Source of the DNA: Alphaproteobacteria bacterium
Lineage (GTDB): Bacteria > Pseudomonadota > Alphaproteobacteria > UBA828
Assembly (NCBI GenBank): GCA_965214705.1
Contig: OZ243972.1
Location: 2,304,001 to 2,368,000 of the forward strand
Direction of reading: 5' to 3'
Length of the DNA: 64,000 nt
Positions 31,785 to 41,368 of the stretch are shown piece after piece. The notes beneath the pieces are model-generated. The model was not told the origin of the DNA, did not search any database, and was given only the letters and a program-made list of their open reading frames with translations. The position numbers were made by a program, and so were the translations under genes. How positions within the stretch are numbered: position 1 is the first letter of the stretch; each line of letters begins with the position of its first letter.

Positions 31785-32927
31785 TTATCCCCGCTCCTCG
31801 ATCGGCACGTAGTCGCGCGCCTCGGGCCCGGTATAGAGCAGGCGCGGGCGGATCAGGATGTTGTTCTCCAGCTGCTCCATCGCCTGCACGGTCCAGCCCG
31901 GAATGCGCCCGATGGCGAAGATCGGCACGAAGAGATCCTCCGGGATCCCGTGCAGGTAGTAGACGACACCGGCATAGAAATCGACGTTCACGTTGACGCC
32001 GTGCCGGGCGTAGGGGCTCATCGCCTCGACCAGCGCTTCGAGGATCGCGTGCCAGTGCGGCTCCCCCATCTCCTCGGAGAGCCGCCTGACGCCTTCCCGC
32101 ATGTGCCGGGCCCGCGGGTCCTCGGCCCGGTAGACGCGGTGGCCGAAGCCCATGATGGGCTCGCGCGCCTTGCGCTTCGCCTTGACGTAGCCCGCCGCCT
32201 TGGCCGGATCGCCGATCTCCTTGGCCATGCGCATCACGTTCTCGGCCGCGCCGCCGTGGGCTGGGCCGGAGAGCGCAGCCACCGCCGCGGTGATGCCGGC
32301 ATGCAGGTTCGCATCGGTGCTGACCACGACCCGCGCGGTGAACGAGGACGCGTTGGAGCCGTGCTCGGCGTGCAGCACCATGTCCGTGTCCATCAGCGCG
32401 CAGGCGTCCTCGCTTGGCGCTTCCCCCTTGAGCATGTAGAGGAAGTTCGCGGCATGGCCGAGGTCCGCGCTCGCCGGCACAGGCTCGCGGCCCTGGCGAA
32501 TGTGGTGGTGCGCGGTCACGATCATCGGCACCTGCGAGGTGAGCTGTATGCCCTTGCGCCGGGTCGCCTCGAGCGAGTTGTCGCCGGTCTCGGGATCGAA
32601 CGCGGCGAGCGCTGAGACCGCGGTCCGCAGCACGTCCATGGGATGCGAATCCTTCACCGCGCGGATGATGTCGTGGACCGCGCCGGGCAGGGTGCGCGCC
32701 TGCTTCAGCGCGGCGTCGAAGGCGTCGAGCTCGGATCGCGCCGGCAGTTCGCCGTACAGCAACAGGTAGGCGGTCTCCTCGAAGGACGAGCGTGCGGCGA
32801 GATCGTGGATGGAGTAGCCGCGATAGCGCAGCTCGCCGGCGCGGCCGTCGATCAGCGTTGTCGGCGAGCGGTCGAAGCACAGATCCTTTAGGCCGCGATG
32901 GACCTCGGGCTGGTTCGCGTCCGTCAT
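31785..32927 (-). CDS. Citrate synthase / methylcitrate synthase family (short type)
   Basis: [32 protein letters not shown] catalytic motifs; 380 aa. Confidence 0.9.
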   Translation of the reverse strand: MTDANQPEVHRGLKDLCFDRSPTTLIDGRAGELRYRGYSIHDLAARSSFEETAYLLLYGELPARSELDAFDAALKQARTLPGAVHDIIRAVKDSHPMDVLRTAVSALAAFDPETGDNSLEATRRKGIQLTSQVPMIVTAHHHIRQGREPVPASADLGHAANFLYMLKGEAPSEDACALMDTDMVLHAEHGSNASSFTARVVVSTDANLHAGITAAVAALSGPAHGGAAENVMRMAKEIGDPAKAAGYVKAKRKAREPIMGFGHRVYRAEDPRARHMREGVRRLSEEMGEPHWHAILEALVEAMSPYARHGVNVNVDFYAGVVYYLHGIPEDLFVPIFAIGRIPGWTVQAMEQLENNILIRPRLLYTGPEARDYVPIEERG

Positions 32928-32996
32928 GACTTTCTCGCCTTCCGCCAGTTGGGAAATCGAATCGTAGCCGACGGGGCCGGCCAGGCAATCGCCTGC

Positions 32997-33866
32997 TCAG
33001 CCGAGCCTTGTCTGAAGCGCGCGTCCGATCCCCGACGGCGTATCGAGCACCTCGACGCCTGCCGCTTCGAGCGCCGAGCGCTTTGAGGCGTAGGTGCCCT
33101 TGTCGCCCATCACGATGGCGCCGGCGTGTCCCATCTTCTTGCCAGGCGGCGACGCGACGCCCGCGATGAAGGCCACGACAGGCTTGCCCATGTCCCGCGC
33201 GTACTCCGCCGCGTCCTCCTCCATCGTCCCGCCGATCTCGCCGATCACCACGACCGCGTCGGTGCGCTCGTCGGCATCGAGCTCCTGCAGCGCGTCGCGG
33301 GTGGTGGTTCCGACGATCGGGTCGCCACCGATGCCGATGAAGGCAGACTGCCCGAATCCCGCCTGCGCCAGGTTGAGGCAGATCAGGGTGCCGAGGCTGC
33401 CGCTACGGGAGATCACGCCCACGCGGCCGGGCCGGAAGACGTCGGCCTCGAACGCCGGCATGAAACCGACGAAGCACTCGCCCGGCGTGACCAGCCCGGC
33501 GGTGTTGGGGCCGACGACGGCAGCCGCATTCGCCCGCGCCATCGCCAGCAGCTCCATCACGTCCTGCACCGGCACGTGCTCGGTAAGAACGACCAAGCGC
33601 GCGCATCCGGCCTCGATCGCATCCTGCGCCGCCGCCTTCACGCCGAGCGGCGGGATGAACAGAACCGAGACGTCGAAGCCCGTCTCGCACATGGCGTCGC
33701 TGGCGCTCGCATAGACCGGCACGCCGCAATGCCGGGTGCCGGCCTTCTTCGGGTTGACCCCGGCCACGATGCGGGTGCCGTAGGCCTGCATGCGCTCGGT
33801 CCAGTAGGTGCCCTGCTTTCCGGTGATCCCCTGAACGAGCACGCGGTCTGCGCCTCGTGCGATCAT
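32997..33866 (-). CDS. Succinyl-CoA-synthetase-like ADP-forming CoA ligase, alpha subunit (probable sulfoacetate-CoA ligase)
   Basis: [26 protein letters not shown] phospho-His; substrate inferred from context. Confidence 0.85.
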   Translation of the reverse strand: MIARGADRVLVQGITGKQGTYWTERMQAYGTRIVAGVNPKKAGTRHCGVPVYASASDAMCETGFDVSVLFIPPLGVKAAAQDAIEAGCARLVVLTEHVPVQDVMELLAMARANAAAVVGPNTAGLVTPGECFVGFMPAFEADVFRPGRVGVISRSGSLGTLICLNLAQAGFGQSAFIGIGGDPIVGTTTRDALQELDADERTDAVVVIGEIGGTMEEDAAEYARDMGKPVVAFIAGVASPPGKKMGHAGAIVMGDKGTYASKRSALEAAGVEVLDTPSGIGRALQTRLG

Positions 33867-35008
33867 TGTGTGGCCCTCGCGCCGCGGGCTGCACCGATCG
33901 CGGCGACGATCGCCAGGTCCATCGTCTCGAAGGGGGTCACGCCGAGCCGTTCGCGGAGCATGGTCTGCGCCTCGGCCGAGCCAGTGCCCCGCACGCTGAA
34001 GAAGACCGGAACGGTCGGCTTGAGCGCTTCCCAGGCGTGGAGCAGCCCGCCGGTCATCACGTCGGTGCGCGCGAACGCACCGCAGAAGTTCACCAGGAGA
34101 CACTTGACCTTGGGGTTGTCGAGCACGAGCTCCAAGGCCGGCCTGGCCTTGGTGTACGCCGCGCCGCCGATTTCCAGGAAGTTCGCCGGCCTCCCGCCGT
34201 GGTGCGTGATGACGTCCATGGTGGTCATGGTGAGCCCGGCACCGTTGGCGAGCACGCCGATGTCGCCGTCGAGCTCGATGTACCGCAACCCGAGGGCTTG
34301 CCCGCGCGCCTCCAGCGGCGTGAGCGGGTCCGGGCTTCCTCGGCTCGCGAGCTCCTGCTGGCGCTGGATGCCAGAATCGTCGAGGGTGAACTTGCAGTCG
34401 AGCGCAACCAGCCGCCCGTCCGCGAGCCGGGCCAGAGGATTCACCTCGAGCAACTCGGCGTCGTTCTCGCGGTAGGCGCGATAGAGCGCGGCTAGGGTCT
34501 CGGCGAGTGGTTCCTCGTCGCTGCCGAGGCCAAGGCCACCCAACATCGCGCGCGCAGCGTCGAGGTCGAAACCTCGCAGGATGTCGACGGGCGCCTGCCG
34601 CAGACGATCCGGCTGCGACGCTGCGATCTCCTCAACGTCCATACCGCCGTCGGACGAGACCATCACCAGCGGCCCCTCCGAGGCCGCGTCGTTGAGGACC
34701 GCTGCGTAGTACTCGGCTGCGATCTGCACCCGCTCCTCGATGAGCACCGAAGCCACCCGATGCCCCGCGATCTCCATGTCGAGGATCGCGCTCGCGGCGT
34801 CATGGGCGGCCTGGGGATCGTCCGCCGTGCGGATGCCGCCAGCCCTGCCGCGCTTGCCCGCCGGCACCTGGGCCTTGACCACCACTGGCACCCCGAGTGC
34901 TGCCGCCGCGGCCTCGGCCTCGCTCGCGCTCCGGGCTAGGCGGCCGCGGGGGATCGCGATCCCCGCCGCCTGCAGCAGCGGCTTCGCCGCATGCTCCTCG
35001 AAGTTCAC
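33863..35008 (-). CDS. Succinyl-CoA-synthetase-like ADP-forming CoA ligase, beta subunit (probable sulfoacetate-CoA ligase)
   Basis: VVKAQV..GKRGRAGG ATP-grasp, EVNPL, NGAGLTMTTMD, PANFLEIGG. Confidence 0.85.
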   Translation of the reverse strand: MNFEEHAAKPLLQAAGIAIPRGRLARSASEAEAAAAALGVPVVVKAQVPAGKRGRAGGIRTADDPQAAHDAASAILDMEIAGHRVASVLIEERVQIAAEYYAAVLNDAASEGPLVMVSSDGGMDVEEIAASQPDRLRQAPVDILRGFDLDAARAMLGGLGLGSDEEPLAETLAALYRAYRENDAELLEVNPLARLADGRLVALDCKFTLDDSGIQRQQELASRGSPDPLTPLEARGQALGLRYIELDGDIGVLANGAGLTMTTMDVITHHGGRPANFLEIGGAAYTKARPALELVLDNPKVKCLLVNFCGAFARTDVMTGGLLHAWEALKPTVPVFFSVRGTGSAEAQTMLRERLGVTPFETMDLAIVAAIGAARGARATQ

Positions 35009-35042
35009 GATGTTCGGTTCCGTATGGCGCCGGCGGTTACGC

Positions 35043-36464
35043 TTACTTGCCGTGCTTCTCCCAGTAGGCGCCGAACAGCGCCTCCTCGCTGGGTCTGTCT
35101 TCGGGGATCGGCATCGCGAGATGGGTGATGTTGAGGAAATGCCGGTAGTTGAGGTTCTCGCTGATGCTGTTGCCTTGCCAGGTGCCGCAGCCCATGGAGA
35201 GCGTGAAGTTGAGCCCGCTGTCGAAGCCCCCGCCGTTGCCGAAGGTGTGCGCCATGTTCACCAGCACGCGGGCGGTATCGAGCTCCTCGGCGAGCCGGCG
35301 TGCGTGCGCCATCTCCTGCGTATGGATGCCGACGGAGTGGCCGCGCCCCTTGACCGCCATGATCGCGCGGACCTTATCCACGGCATCGTCGAAGCTCTCC
35401 GCGCGATAGACGGTGAGCACGAGGGCGAGCTTCTCGTCGGAGAACGGATACTCGGGACCGATCCCGGTCTCCTCGACCATGAAGAACTTCGCGCCACCCA
35501 CCTTGTCATCGAGGCCGCATTCTGTCGCAAGAACTTCGAAGTCCTTCGCGATCACACTGCGGTTGAGCGTTCCGTCCGCCCAGAGAGTGCGCTGGATCGC
35601 CTCTTTCTCCGCCGCGCTCGCCAGGTGGCCACCGGCGCGTTCCAGCGCGGCCACCGTGTCGTCGTAGACGTCGTCCAGGATGATGACCGCGTTCTCCGAC
35701 GAGCATGACGTCGCGTTGTCGAAGCACTTCGACGCGGCAATCTTCGCCGCCGCTGTGTCGAGGTCCGCGCTGGAATCGATGATGACCGGGACGTTCCCTG
35801 CGCCAACCCCGATGGCGGGCGTGCCGCTACGGTAGGCGGCGCGCACATTGCTCTGCGAGCCGGTGACGACCACGAGGTCGCAGGCCGACATCAGCGCGTT
35901 TGTGATCGCCTTGTCCACTGGAGGCGGCAGCACCTGAACGAGATCCGCCGGCGCGCCAATCTTCTCCAGCTCTGCCCGCATCAGCGCAACTGCGCGTGTG
36001 GTCGTCGGGAGGCCCGCCGGCGACGGCGCAATGACGATCGCGTTGCGGCCCTTGATCGCCATCATCGCCTTGTTCACCGGTGTCGCCGCGGGGTTGGTGG
36101 AGGGCGTCACCGCGCCGACCACGCCGACCGGCTTCGCGTACTTCACCAGTCCGAGTTCCGGCTGCTCCTCGATGATGCCGACGCTCTTCACCCGCATGAG
36201 GTCGCGCAGCGTGCCGAAAGTCTTGCGCTGGTTCTTGACCACCTTGTCTGCCGCGTTGCCGAGGCCGGTGTCTTTGACCGCCATCGCAGCGAGGGCCTCG
36301 GCGTTTTCCGGCTTGTAGAGCGACCACGCCAGCGCGGTCACCGCCTCGTCCACCCGCGCCTGATCCGAGGCCGCGAAGGCCTCCATGGCCGCGCGCCCGC
36401 GACGGACCAGGGTATCGACGATCGCGACCGGGTCGCGTCCGAAGATTTCGGCAGGCTGGCTCAT
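35043..36464 (-). CDS. sauS: Acylating aldehyde dehydrogenase, probable sulfoacetaldehyde dehydrogenase (acylating)
   Basis: TPSTNPAATP, GVGAGN, FDNATSCSSEN, GNGGGFDSGLNFTLSMGCGTW; next to xsc and a CoA ligase. Confidence 0.8.
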   Translation of the reverse strand: MSQPAEIFGRDPVAIVDTLVRRGRAAMEAFAASDQARVDEAVTALAWSLYKPENAEALAAMAVKDTGLGNAADKVVKNQRKTFGTLRDLMRVKSVGIIEEQPELGLVKYAKPVGVVGAVTPSTNPAATPVNKAMMAIKGRNAIVIAPSPAGLPTTTRAVALMRAELEKIGAPADLVQVLPPPVDKAITNALMSACDLVVVTGSQSNVRAAYRSGTPAIGVGAGNVPVIIDSSADLDTAAAKIAASKCFDNATSCSSENAVIILDDVYDDTVAALERAGGHLASAAEKEAIQRTLWADGTLNRSVIAKDFEVLATECGLDDKVGGAKFFMVEETGIGPEYPFSDEKLALVLTVYRAESFDDAVDKVRAIMAVKGRGHSVGIHTQEMAHARRLAEELDTARVLVNMAHTFGNGGGFDSGLNFTLSMGCGTWQGNSISENLNYRHFLNITHLAMPIPEDRPSEEALFGAYWEKHGK

Positions 36465-36927
36465 CGTCGGTGTCGCTCCTCGAGTTTCTGAATATCGCGC
36501 CGAAGGCAGAACTTGGTGCAGGTTCCGGCTTTGAATCAAGCATCTTACGTGCAGAGCGGCAGTCGTGCAGCAGGGTACGCCCAAGCCGAACGAGGACAGA
36601 GCCGCTGACGTGACGGTCGCCGATGTCGATGGTGAGGCTGGAATCGGGAACACAATCGCCGAATAGTGCCCAAAAGGGAGAATTGGGGGTGACTAAAGTG
36701 GCAAATCGGACCCCTGAAATAGGCGAAAAGGCTTATCCCTCTGGCTCCGGTTCCCCAACATGTTGTACCGGCCACCTCGGCGGCGGTATCCGACACGGTC
36801 GCAGTTCCTTCCGTGTCTCAATGGGTTGCCCGTAAAGTGCCCAGCGATCCGGCACCCCACATATGGAGAAGCCGGATGTAAGGGGATAAGCCTTTAGGCG
36901 AATAATCCCGTAAGTCCCGTGAAGGAT

Positions 36928-37004
36928 TGGCGCGCTCGGGAGGATTCGAACCCCCGACCCCCAGATTCGTAGTCTGGTGCTCTATCCAGCTGAGCTACGA
37001 GCGC
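36928..37004 (-). tRNA. tRNA-Arg(ACG)
   Basis: GCGCTCGTAGCTCAGCTGGATAGAGCACCAGACTACGAATCTGG...GGTTCGAATCC...GCGCCA, 77 nt with encoded CCA. Confidence 0.97.
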
Positions 37005-37207
37005 GCGGAGGGCGCGGCGCCCGGCGCCGGCCACGCGGCGGACCCTATCCAAATCGCCCCACGGTCGCAAGAGTGCCGCAACGACAGCGGGTCGCGCGGC
37101 CAATGTCCGCGCAGAAGAACGCTGCAGAACGCTGAAGACGGGTACTGTCGCGGTCGGCTCCGGATTGCGTATCCTGCCTGCGGTCCCGTCCCGAAAAGGA
37201 GTAGCCC

Positions 37208-37837
37208 ATGCGCAAGCCCGCTTCCATGAAGGCTCTCGAAAAGCTCGGCCGGGTTCGGCTGTCCGAGCACTTCTTCATGCGCGAGATGCTCCATAGCGAG
37301 ATCGCGAACTTCCACGGTATTCCCAACATTCCGGACGATCCGGACCTCGCGGTTGCGGCCGGGACCCGGCTCTGCGAGGAGCTGCTCGAGCCCCTGCACG
37401 CGACCTTCGGCCACGTCTCGATTCGCTCCGCCTTCCGCTCGGTCGAGGTCAACACCTACGGCCACGAGCGGTCGGACAGGGGCTACAATTGCGGCGAGAC
37501 AACCTGGAATTATGCGAGACACGTCTGGGATCGCCGCGATGCCGAGGGCCACATGGGAGCGACCGCCTGCATCGTCATCCCCTGGTTCGTGCCGCGCTAC
37601 GAAGCGGGCACGCCCTGGCAGGCCCTCGCCTGGTGGATACACGACAGCCTGCCGTACTCGGACATGGCGTTCTTCCCCACCTACGCCGCCTTCAACCTGC
37701 GCTGGTGCGAGCAGCCCAACCGGCGCATCGAGAGCTTTGCGGCGCCCAAGGGCTGCCTCACCAAGCCCGGCATGACGAACCACGCCGGCGACCACGCCTC
37801 GGAATACCCCGGCTTCCCGGCGCTCAAGCGCCACTGA
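37208..37837 (+). CDS. Conserved hypothetical protein, peptidase M15-like
   Basis: RLSEHFFMREMLHSE, LCEELLEPL..FG..IRSAFRS..VN; AAGGAG RBS. Confidence 0.6.
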   Translation: MRKPASMKALEKLGRVRLSEHFFMREMLHSEIANFHGIPNIPDDPDLAVAAGTRLCEELLEPLHATFGHVSIRSAFRSVEVNTYGHERSDRGYNCGETTWNYARHVWDRRDAEGHMGATACIVIPWFVPRYEAGTPWQALAWWIHDSLPYSDMAFFPTYAAFNLRWCEQPNRRIESFAAPKGCLTKPGMTNHAGDHASEYPGFPALKRH

Positions 37838-37853
37838 CGCTTCGCGCCTTTTG

Positions 37854-37960
37854 TCGCTCACGGCAGCCGGCCTCCGACCGGCGCCTCCGCGAGGGCGCCG
37901 CAGGAGCGGCGGGCCGCGGTCGCGGCCTGTCGCGCGCCCGTCAAAGACAGCCGCGCTTTA
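37854..37960. repeat. Partial copy of the intergenic repeat at 44637-47197
   Basis: 107 nt colinear with 47091-47197 (tcgctcacggcagccggcct...gggccgcggtcgcggcctgtcgcgcgcccgtcaaagac...cgcgct(t/c)ta). Confidence 0.85.
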
Positions 37961-39130
37961 GAGCAGCGGGTTGTCGGTCTCCAGGCCGAGCGATAAGCGG
38001 CCGTAGGTGATCGCGTTGGGGTCCCAGGTCTGGGTGATGTGGGCGGAGCCCGCGTGGATGTCACGGAAGGCACGGGAGAGGGGATTGCGGTCGTAGACGC
38101 CGCCGCCGCCGCTCGCCGCGGTGATCATGTCCACCGCCTGGCAGCAGAGCTTGGCGGCGTAGGCGCCCTCGGCCCGGTAGCGGGCGCGGGCCTCGGCGTC
38201 CGGCAGCGCGCCGCCTTCGGCGATCGCCGTCGCCTCGGCACAGTTGCCGAGATAGATGCGCCGCGCAGCCGCTACGGCTGCGCGGGCTTCGGCGATCTTG
38301 ACATGGATGGTGCCGAGTTCGGCGAGCCGCTGGCCAGAATAGTGCGCGGCGCGGGTGCGCGTCGCCTCGACGTAGCCCTCCACCGCCGCTTCCGCGATAC
38401 CCAGCACCGCCGCGCCCACCCAGGTAAAGAACATCGCGAAGAGCGGCAGCCGATAGACCGTCCCGGTGTTCACCGCGTTGCCGGGTGCGGCGCCGTGGCG
38501 CGTCGCCGCCGCGTCGATGGTGCGGTATTCGGGCACGAACAGGTCCTCGACTGCGGCATCATTGCTGCCGGTGCCGCGCAGGCCCGACGCGTGCCAGGTG
38601 TCGAGCACGGTGTACTCGCCCTTCGGCACCAAGAAGATGCGGAACTCCTGTGGCTCCTTGTCCACCACCATGGCGCCGAAGAAGTTGGCGCAGGCGTGGT
38701 CGATGCCGCTGCCGAAGGGCCAGCGCCCGTTGAGCCGGTAGCCGCCGACATCCTGCGTCGCCTTGCCGCAGGGGAAGATCAGGTTGCCGGTGAGCAGCGC
38801 GTCCTTGTCCGCGTCCCAGATCTCGTCCTGCGCGCGCTCGGGCCAGAGCGCGAGCTTGAAGGTGCAGCTCGCGAGGTTGCAGTAGACCCAGCCGGTGGAC
38901 GCGCAGCCGCGCGAGAGCAGCGCCACGATCTCCATCATCGTGCCGTAGTCCACCTCGGCCCCGCCGAGCCGCGCCGGCAGCGTCGCCCGGATCAGGCCGC
39001 TGTCCACGAGGTCGGCGATGGACGCGTCGGGGATGCGCCGGAGGGACTCCGCCTCTGGCACCCGCTCGCGCAGCACGGGGATCAGCGCTTCCGCGCGGGC
39101 GAGCAGCGTCTCCCGGTCGGGCGCCGCCAT
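37958..39130 (-). CDS. Acyl-CoA-dehydrogenase-fold flavin-dependent hydroxylase (HsaA/HpaH-like)
   Basis: GYRLNGRWPFGSGIDH, DTWHASGLRGTGSN, RAFRDIHAG. Confidence 0.85.
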   Translation of the reverse strand: MAAPDRETLLARAEALIPVLRERVPEAESLRRIPDASIADLVDSGLIRATLPARLGGAEVDYGTMMEIVALLSRGCASTGWVYCNLASCTFKLALWPERAQDEIWDADKDALLTGNLIFPCGKATQDVGGYRLNGRWPFGSGIDHACANFFGAMVVDKEPQEFRIFLVPKGEYTVLDTWHASGLRGTGSNDAAVEDLFVPEYRTIDAAATRHGAAPGNAVNTGTVYRLPLFAMFFTWVGAAVLGIAEAAVEGYVEATRTRAAHYSGQRLAELGTIHVKIAEARAAVAAARRIYLGNCAEATAIAEGGALPDAEARARYRAEGAYAAKLCCQAVDMITAASGGGGVYDRNPLSRAFRDIHAGSAHITQTWDPNAITYGRLSLGLETDNPLL

Positions 39131-39145
39131 CGCGGTTCTGCTGGG

Positions 39146-40420
39146 CTACTCGGCCGCAGCCTGCTGCACAACCCTCTGCCGCGCCTGGGGCGGCTTGTGG
39201 TAGGCGCCGTCCTTCATGACCATCAGGATGTTCGCCTCGTCCTGGAGGAGCGTGAGATCGGCGAGCGGATTGCCGTCGATCAGCAGCAGGTCGGCGAGAT
39301 AGCCGGGCTTGACGCGGCCCAGCTCGTCCGGCGCAGCGAAGGCCTGGGCGCCGTAATGGGTCGCGGCGCGCATGATCTCGTAGGGCTTCATGCCGAGATA
39401 GTTGGTAAAGTGCTCGAAGTCCCGCGCCATCTGGCCGTGGGGCGTCCAGGGGAAGCCGTAGTCGCCGAAGGGCAGCACCTTGATGCCGCGCGCGTGCATC
39501 TTCTTCAGCGTCTGGGCCCCGATCTCTAGCTCGCGGACGAAGCCCCATGACTCGGCCTCTTCCGGCGAGATGCCGAACTCGCCGGCTTCGTAGGCGGTCG
39601 CGTGAGTGAAGCCGATGGCCGGCACCACCCAGTGCTTGTCCTTGTGCTCCTCCAGCAGGTCGAGCGATTCCTCGTCCGCATAGGTCGCGTGATAGATCAG
39701 CTCGATCCCGTACTTGATACAGAGCCGGATCGATTCCGGGTTGCGCGCATGGGCGGCGAGGCGGCGGCCCCGCTGGTGCGCGACCCGCGCGCCAGCGGCG
39801 ATCTCGTCCTCGTCCATCGCGCTCTGGGTGGCATCGCAGGCGCCGGGGATCAGATGATCACCCGACGGCATGAGCTTGATGATGTCCACCCCTTCGCGGA
39901 CCAGCATCCGGCAGGCTTGGCGGATCTCCTCCGGCCCGTCGGCGAAGAGCGAAAGGTCGTTCTTGTAGTAGTGCAGCATGCGCTGGTCACCGAGGCCGCC
40001 GGTGACGGTGATCTCCGGCGAGCACGCGCGGTAGCGCGGGCCGGGGATGCGGCCTGCGTCGATCTCGTTCCGGATCACGATGTCGAGGCGGGTCTTTGCC
40101 GCGCCCGCGCCGACCGCCGCCGTCACGCCGTGGTCGATGATCGTCCTGGCGTTGTGCATGGTGATGAGCGTGTGCTCCTCGGGCGGGATCTCGGACATCG
40201 ATTCCGGCCCGGTGTAGCTCATGTGGCAGTGGGCGTTGACGAGGCCCGGCATCAGCGTCGCGCCGTCGCCGTCCACCACCGCAGCGCCCCGCCGCGACAG
40301 CTTCTGGCCGTTTCTGGCGACCTTCTCGATGCGGTTGCCCTGGATCGACACCTCGCCCCGATAGGGCCTCTTGCCGGTGCCGTCGTAGATGCTGATGTTG
40401 GTGAAGACGGTGCGCGCCAT
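39146..40420 (-). CDS. Metal-dependent amidohydrolase (prolidase-like)
   Basis: MPGLVNAHCH, DIIKL, LAAHA, YHAT, FGDYG, LADLLLIDGNPL. Confidence 0.88.
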   Translation of the reverse strand: MARTVFTNISIYDGTGKRPYRGEVSIQGNRIEKVARNGQKLSRRGAAVVDGDGATLMPGLVNAHCHMSYTGPESMSEIPPEEHTLITMHNARTIIDHGVTAAVGAGAAKTRLDIVIRNEIDAGRIPGPRYRACSPEITVTGGLGDQRMLHYYKNDLSLFADGPEEIRQACRMLVREGVDIIKLMPSGDHLIPGACDATQSAMDEDEIAAGARVAHQRGRRLAAHARNPESIRLCIKYGIELIYHATYADEESLDLLEEHKDKHWVVPAIGFTHATAYEAGEFGISPEEAESWGFVRELEIGAQTLKKMHARGIKVLPFGDYGFPWTPHGQMARDFEHFTNYLGMKPYEIMRAATHYGAQAFAAPDELGRVKPGYLADLLLIDGNPLADLTLLQDEANILMVMKDGAYHKPPQARQRVVQQAAAE

Positions 40421-40825
40421 GTCCCGTTCCTCCCTGAGAGCCACGCTCGCGGAATCCATTATGCTCGCGCGAAGGCCCACGCTCGTCAATGCACGCGAGG
40501 CGCCGTTAGTGGTCTGGTATGAAGTTCGCGTCACTTGACAGACCTGCTCCAGTACCGCTTGCTCGTGGGCCTCAGCCCGCGATGGGGGTACTCAGCCTTC
40601 AGGATAGGGTATAGGCCGGCTTCAAAGCGCAATTCCTAACCGACCGCGGGACTCAGCCATCCCAGAGTGGGGTTGACAAACTAGGTTGACAGTCAACACT
40701 TGACGCGTGACGCCGCCACTGTAGGCAATGAGGCCGCGTCACTGAGAATGAAAGGGAGCAGACACCATGAGCGGCAACACACCGAGGGAGGGCCAACGGC
40801 TGATCAAGCCCGCGCGACGCTAGCC

Positions 40826-41051
40826 GTGTCCAAAGGCCCCAGAGCCGAGAAGCGCCCGGCTGACATGGTCGAGTGCGGTGTACACATCATCAGGACAGCA
40901 GCCGGCCAAATCTCGGATACTACCTACGCACAACCCGGCCAGGTGCGAGCTAGCCAAGCTGGTATTCGCGCGCGCGGCGTCGCTGACGCCGGATGGAAGC
41001 AGCGCGATTGCGCACAAGCCTGCCGCCGCTAGGTGGGAGAGCAGCCAATGA
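40826..41051 (+). pseudogene. Frameshifted small basic protein (KGP..KRPAD...ARA.SLTP...AAARW type)
   Basis: GTG-SKGPRAEKRPADMV..., then after a frameshift near 40968 ARAASLTPDGSSAIAHKPAAARWESSQ*; TGA overlaps the next ATG. Confidence 0.55.
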
Positions 41052-41368
41052 GTGACACCGACGAGATCAAACCACCTATGAATCTGACCGATCCAGGCAA
41101 GATTGCTGATGCCGCCGAGAAAATCTACGAGGAACGTTACCGGAAGGAGTTTGAAGAGACACACTCAGGACAGTTCGTCGTCATAGACGTAAAGAGTGGA
41201 GAGGCGTACCAAGGAGAGTTCGCGGAAGACGCGCTAAAGGTAGCTAGAGAACGCTCGCCACACGGAGTGTTCCACTTGATTAGGGTCGGTTCCCCGGGAG
41301 CTTTCAGGGTGAGTTACGTTGGCCAACGCACAGCCTCTTGGAATTGGACACTTCGATCAACGGGGTAA
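41048..41368 (+). CDS. Small hypothetical protein, DUF5678-like
   Basis: EETHSGQFVVIDVKSGEAY.G...AL..AR...P...FHLIRVG pattern; codon usage more AT-rich than flanks. Confidence 0.6.
   Translation: MSDTDEIKPPMNLTDPGKIADAAEKIYEERYRKEFEETHSGQFVVIDVKSGEAYQGEFAEDALKVARERSPHGVFHLIRVGSPGAFRVSYVGQRTASWNWTLRSTG

Noticed and set aside
40571-40691. Short repeats CTCAGCC x3 and GGTTGACA x2
   Set aside because: Too short and irregularly spaced for a CRISPR array or iterons; no cas or rep genes nearby
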